Assembly: GCA_013378385.1 (NCBI GenBank)
Contig: JACAFS010000046.1
Coordinates: forward strand, 1-7,283
Direction of reading: 5' to 3'
DNA from: Nitrososphaerota archaeon
GTDB taxonomy: Archaea > Thermoproteota > Nitrososphaeria > Nitrososphaerales > UBA57
DNA: 7,283 bases
A program made the position numbers and the translations under genes. This document shows, one piece after another, positions 6,729-7,283 of the stretch (the first letter of the stretch is position 1; each line of letters starts with the position of its first letter). The notes beneath the pieces are model-generated. The model had not been told where the DNA came from and did no database searches. It was given only the letters and a program-made list of their open reading frames with translations.

Positions 6729-6827
6729 TGCGGGAGGTGGGATTTGAACCCACGAACTTCTAAAAGACGAGGATTTTCAAACGAATACCTGAACCTCGCA
6801 CCGTTGACCGGGCTGGGCGACTCCCGC
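6729..6827 (-). tRNA. tRNA-Leu (anticodon CAG) with a 14-nt intron at the canonical 37/38 position. No encoded CCA.
   Basis: The minus-strand read is GCGGGAG TC GCC CAGCCCGGTCAAC GGT G CGAGG TTCAGG[TATTCGTTTGAAAA]T CCTCG TCTTTTAGAAGTTC GTGGG TTCAAAT CCCAC CTCCCGC A. The acceptor stem has 7 perfect base pairs. The T arm has 5 bp with a TTCAAAT loop, and the anticodon stem (CGAGG/CCTCG) has 5 bp. The D stem has 3 bp, and a long variable arm (CTT/AAG stem) marks it as class II, Leu-type. The discriminator is A. The length is 99 nt, or 85 nt after intron removal. Confidence 0.85.
6774..6787 (-). other. tRNA intron (bulge-helix-bulge type) inside tRNA-Leu(CAG)
   Basis: The intron TATTCGTTTGAAAA interrupts the anticodon loop after G37. 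TTCA (nt 32-35) pairs with intron TGAA to give a 4-bp central helix. That helix is flanked by two 3-nt bulges, GG|T and AA|T, with the exon-intron junctions at symmetric positions. The anticodon stem serves as the outer helix. The inner helix is minimal (one A-T pair), so this is a relaxed BHB. The boundaries could shift by 1 nt. Confidence 0.7.
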
Positions 6828-6935
6828 ATACAAAAAATAATAATGTAATCCTTAAGAAACTTTAAAAAAAAAATACAAAAGAAAACTAATTACACTTTAA
6901 TTTAAAGATTGTTATTTTTTATTGAAGTTAGATTC

Positions 6936-6943
6936 TTTATATA
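6936..6943 (+). promoter_or_regulatory. TATA box candidate for the K/A/P-repeat gene
   Basis: TTTATATA matches the archaeal TATA consensus. Its centre lies about 37 nt upstream of the TTG start. That predicts a transcription start near 6964-6967 and a short leader containing the GGGGA Shine-Dalgarno-like element. Confidence 0.5.
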
Positions 6944-6976
6944 CAAAATAAATTATAAAAACTTTGGGGAAATAAA

Positions 6977-7283
6977 TTGGCAACAAAACGTAAAACAACA
7001 AAACGTAAAGCAGCTCCTAAACGTAAAGCAGCTCCAAAGCGTAAAGCAGCAAAGAAGAAAGCAGCTCCACGACGCAAAGCAGCAAAACGTAAAGCAGCTC
7101 CAAAACGTAAAGCCACCAAGAAGAAAGCAGCTCCAAAGCGTAAGGCAGCAAAGAAGAAAGCAGCTCCAAAGCGCAAGGCAGCGAAACGTAAAGCAGCTCC
7201 AAAGCGTAAGGCAGCAAAGAAGAAAGCAGCTCCAAAGCGCAAGGCAGCGAAACGTAAAGCAGCTCCAAAGCGTAAGGCAGCAA
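6977..7283 (+). CDS. Lys/Ala/Pro-rich tandem-repeat basic protein (histone H1 C-terminal-tail-like), 3'-partial. TTG start.
   Basis: The + frame is closed by TAA at 6956-6958 and is then open to the window end. The only start in frame is TTG at 6977, preceded by GGGGA (6966-6970, 6-nt spacer) and TTTATATA (6936-6943). The translation is (M)ATKRKTTKRKAAPKRK followed by repeated AAPKRKAAK(K/R)K units. Differences between repeat copies are mostly synonymous third-position changes in this frame (aaa/aag, cgt/cgc, gca/gcg, cct/cca), which argues for selection on the + frame. It is probably absent from the track because there is no in-window stop. Confidence 0.75.
   Translation, partial: MATKRKTTKRKAAPKRKAAPKRKAAKKKAAPRRKAAKRKAAPKRKATKKKAAPKRKAAKKKAAPKRKAAKRKAAPKRKAAKKKAAPKRKAAKRKAAPKRKAA
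7010..7283. repeat. Coding tandem repeat with a 33-bp (11-codon) unit, organised distally as a 66-bp super-unit. Continues past the window end.
   Basis: Units begin with gca gct cc(t/a) at 7010 (short 18-bp unit), 7028, 7061, 7094, 7127, 7160, 7193, 7226 and 7259. Segment 7127-7192 is nucleotide-identical to 7193-7258, and 7259-7283 matches the first 25 nt of the same 66-bp unit. Proximal units are progressively more diverged. Confidence 0.9.

Noticed and set aside
6864-6873. An A10 run (T10 on the minus strand) and a T6 run at 6915-6920 in the tRNA / K-A-P gene spacer, considered as possible terminators or insulators.
   Set aside because: No upstream transcription unit in the window would end there. 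Homopolymer runs are expected by chance in an AT-rich promoter region like this one. There is nothing to support a function.
6729-6976. The tRNA gene as an integration hotspot for a mobile element or genomic island.
   Set aside because: No duplicated copy of the tRNA 3' half (att-like direct repeat) is visible elsewhere in the window. There is no integrase, and the flanking genes (secG and the K/A/P protein with its own promoter) do not look like cargo.
6937-7283. Two minus-strand track ORFs across the repeat: 6937-7242 (MRFGAAFFFAALRFGAAL...) and 7017-7283 (MLPYALELLYVSL...).
   Set aside because: These are shadow frames of the Lys/Ala codon repeat, because reverse complements of AAR and GCN codons contain no stops. 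Variation between repeat copies is synonymous only in the + frame. ORF 6937-7242 reads on into the AT-rich promoter region, and its start sits arbitrarily inside the repeat. Neither ORF has promoter-like or SD-like context.
7010-7283. Whether the regular repeats could be a CRISPR array.
   Set aside because: The units are directly tandem, with no unique spacers. They are in-frame multiples of 3, encode a coherent peptide repeat, and have no palindromic core.
1-7283. A search for a defence, toxin-antitoxin, mobile-element or other novel multi-gene system across the whole window.
   Set aside because: Every sizeable ORF is accounted for by a housekeeping family or a single uncharacterised gene. 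There are no nucleases, ATPases, transposases, integrases, terminal inverted repeats or compositional breaks that I can see. Claiming a system would be unsupported.

Overview
This is an AT-rich, very tightly packed chromosomal segment that reads as archaeal. The hallmarks are a Sec61-beta/SecG gene, a tRNA with a bulge-helix-bulge intron, TATA-like boxes about 25 nt from start codons, and a DUF2070-type membrane protein. Gene order, left to right:
- hflX GTPase (+, 5' end cut by the window)
- fused two-domain ABC permease (+), converging on the next gene
- alpha-D-phosphohexomutase (-), diverging from the next gene
- acidic signal-anchored hypothetical protein (+), converging on the next gene
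- DUF2070-like polytopic membrane protein (-)
- a 59-aa Sec61-beta/SecG ORF (-) that is absent from the supplied ORF track
- intron-containing tRNA-Leu(CAG) (-), diverging from the next gene
- a Lys/Ala/Pro tandem-repeat protein (+) with a TTG start that runs off the 3' edge

I see no CRISPR array, transposase, integrase, toxin-antitoxin pair or recognisable defence gene, and I cannot support a claim of a novel multi-gene system here. The window looks mostly core/housekeeping, from a streamlined low-GC archaeon. A marine thaumarchaeon-like organism is only a guess.

The items most worth a second look are:
1. The histone-H1-tail-like AAPKRKAAK(K/R)K repeat protein, encoded by nucleotide-identical 66-bp tandem repeats.
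2. The secG to DUF2070 co-directional pair, together with the His/Asp motif cluster in the DUF2070 soluble domain.
3. An orphan, highly acidic, membrane-anchored protein.

All family assignments come from reading motifs by eye. No database search was run.
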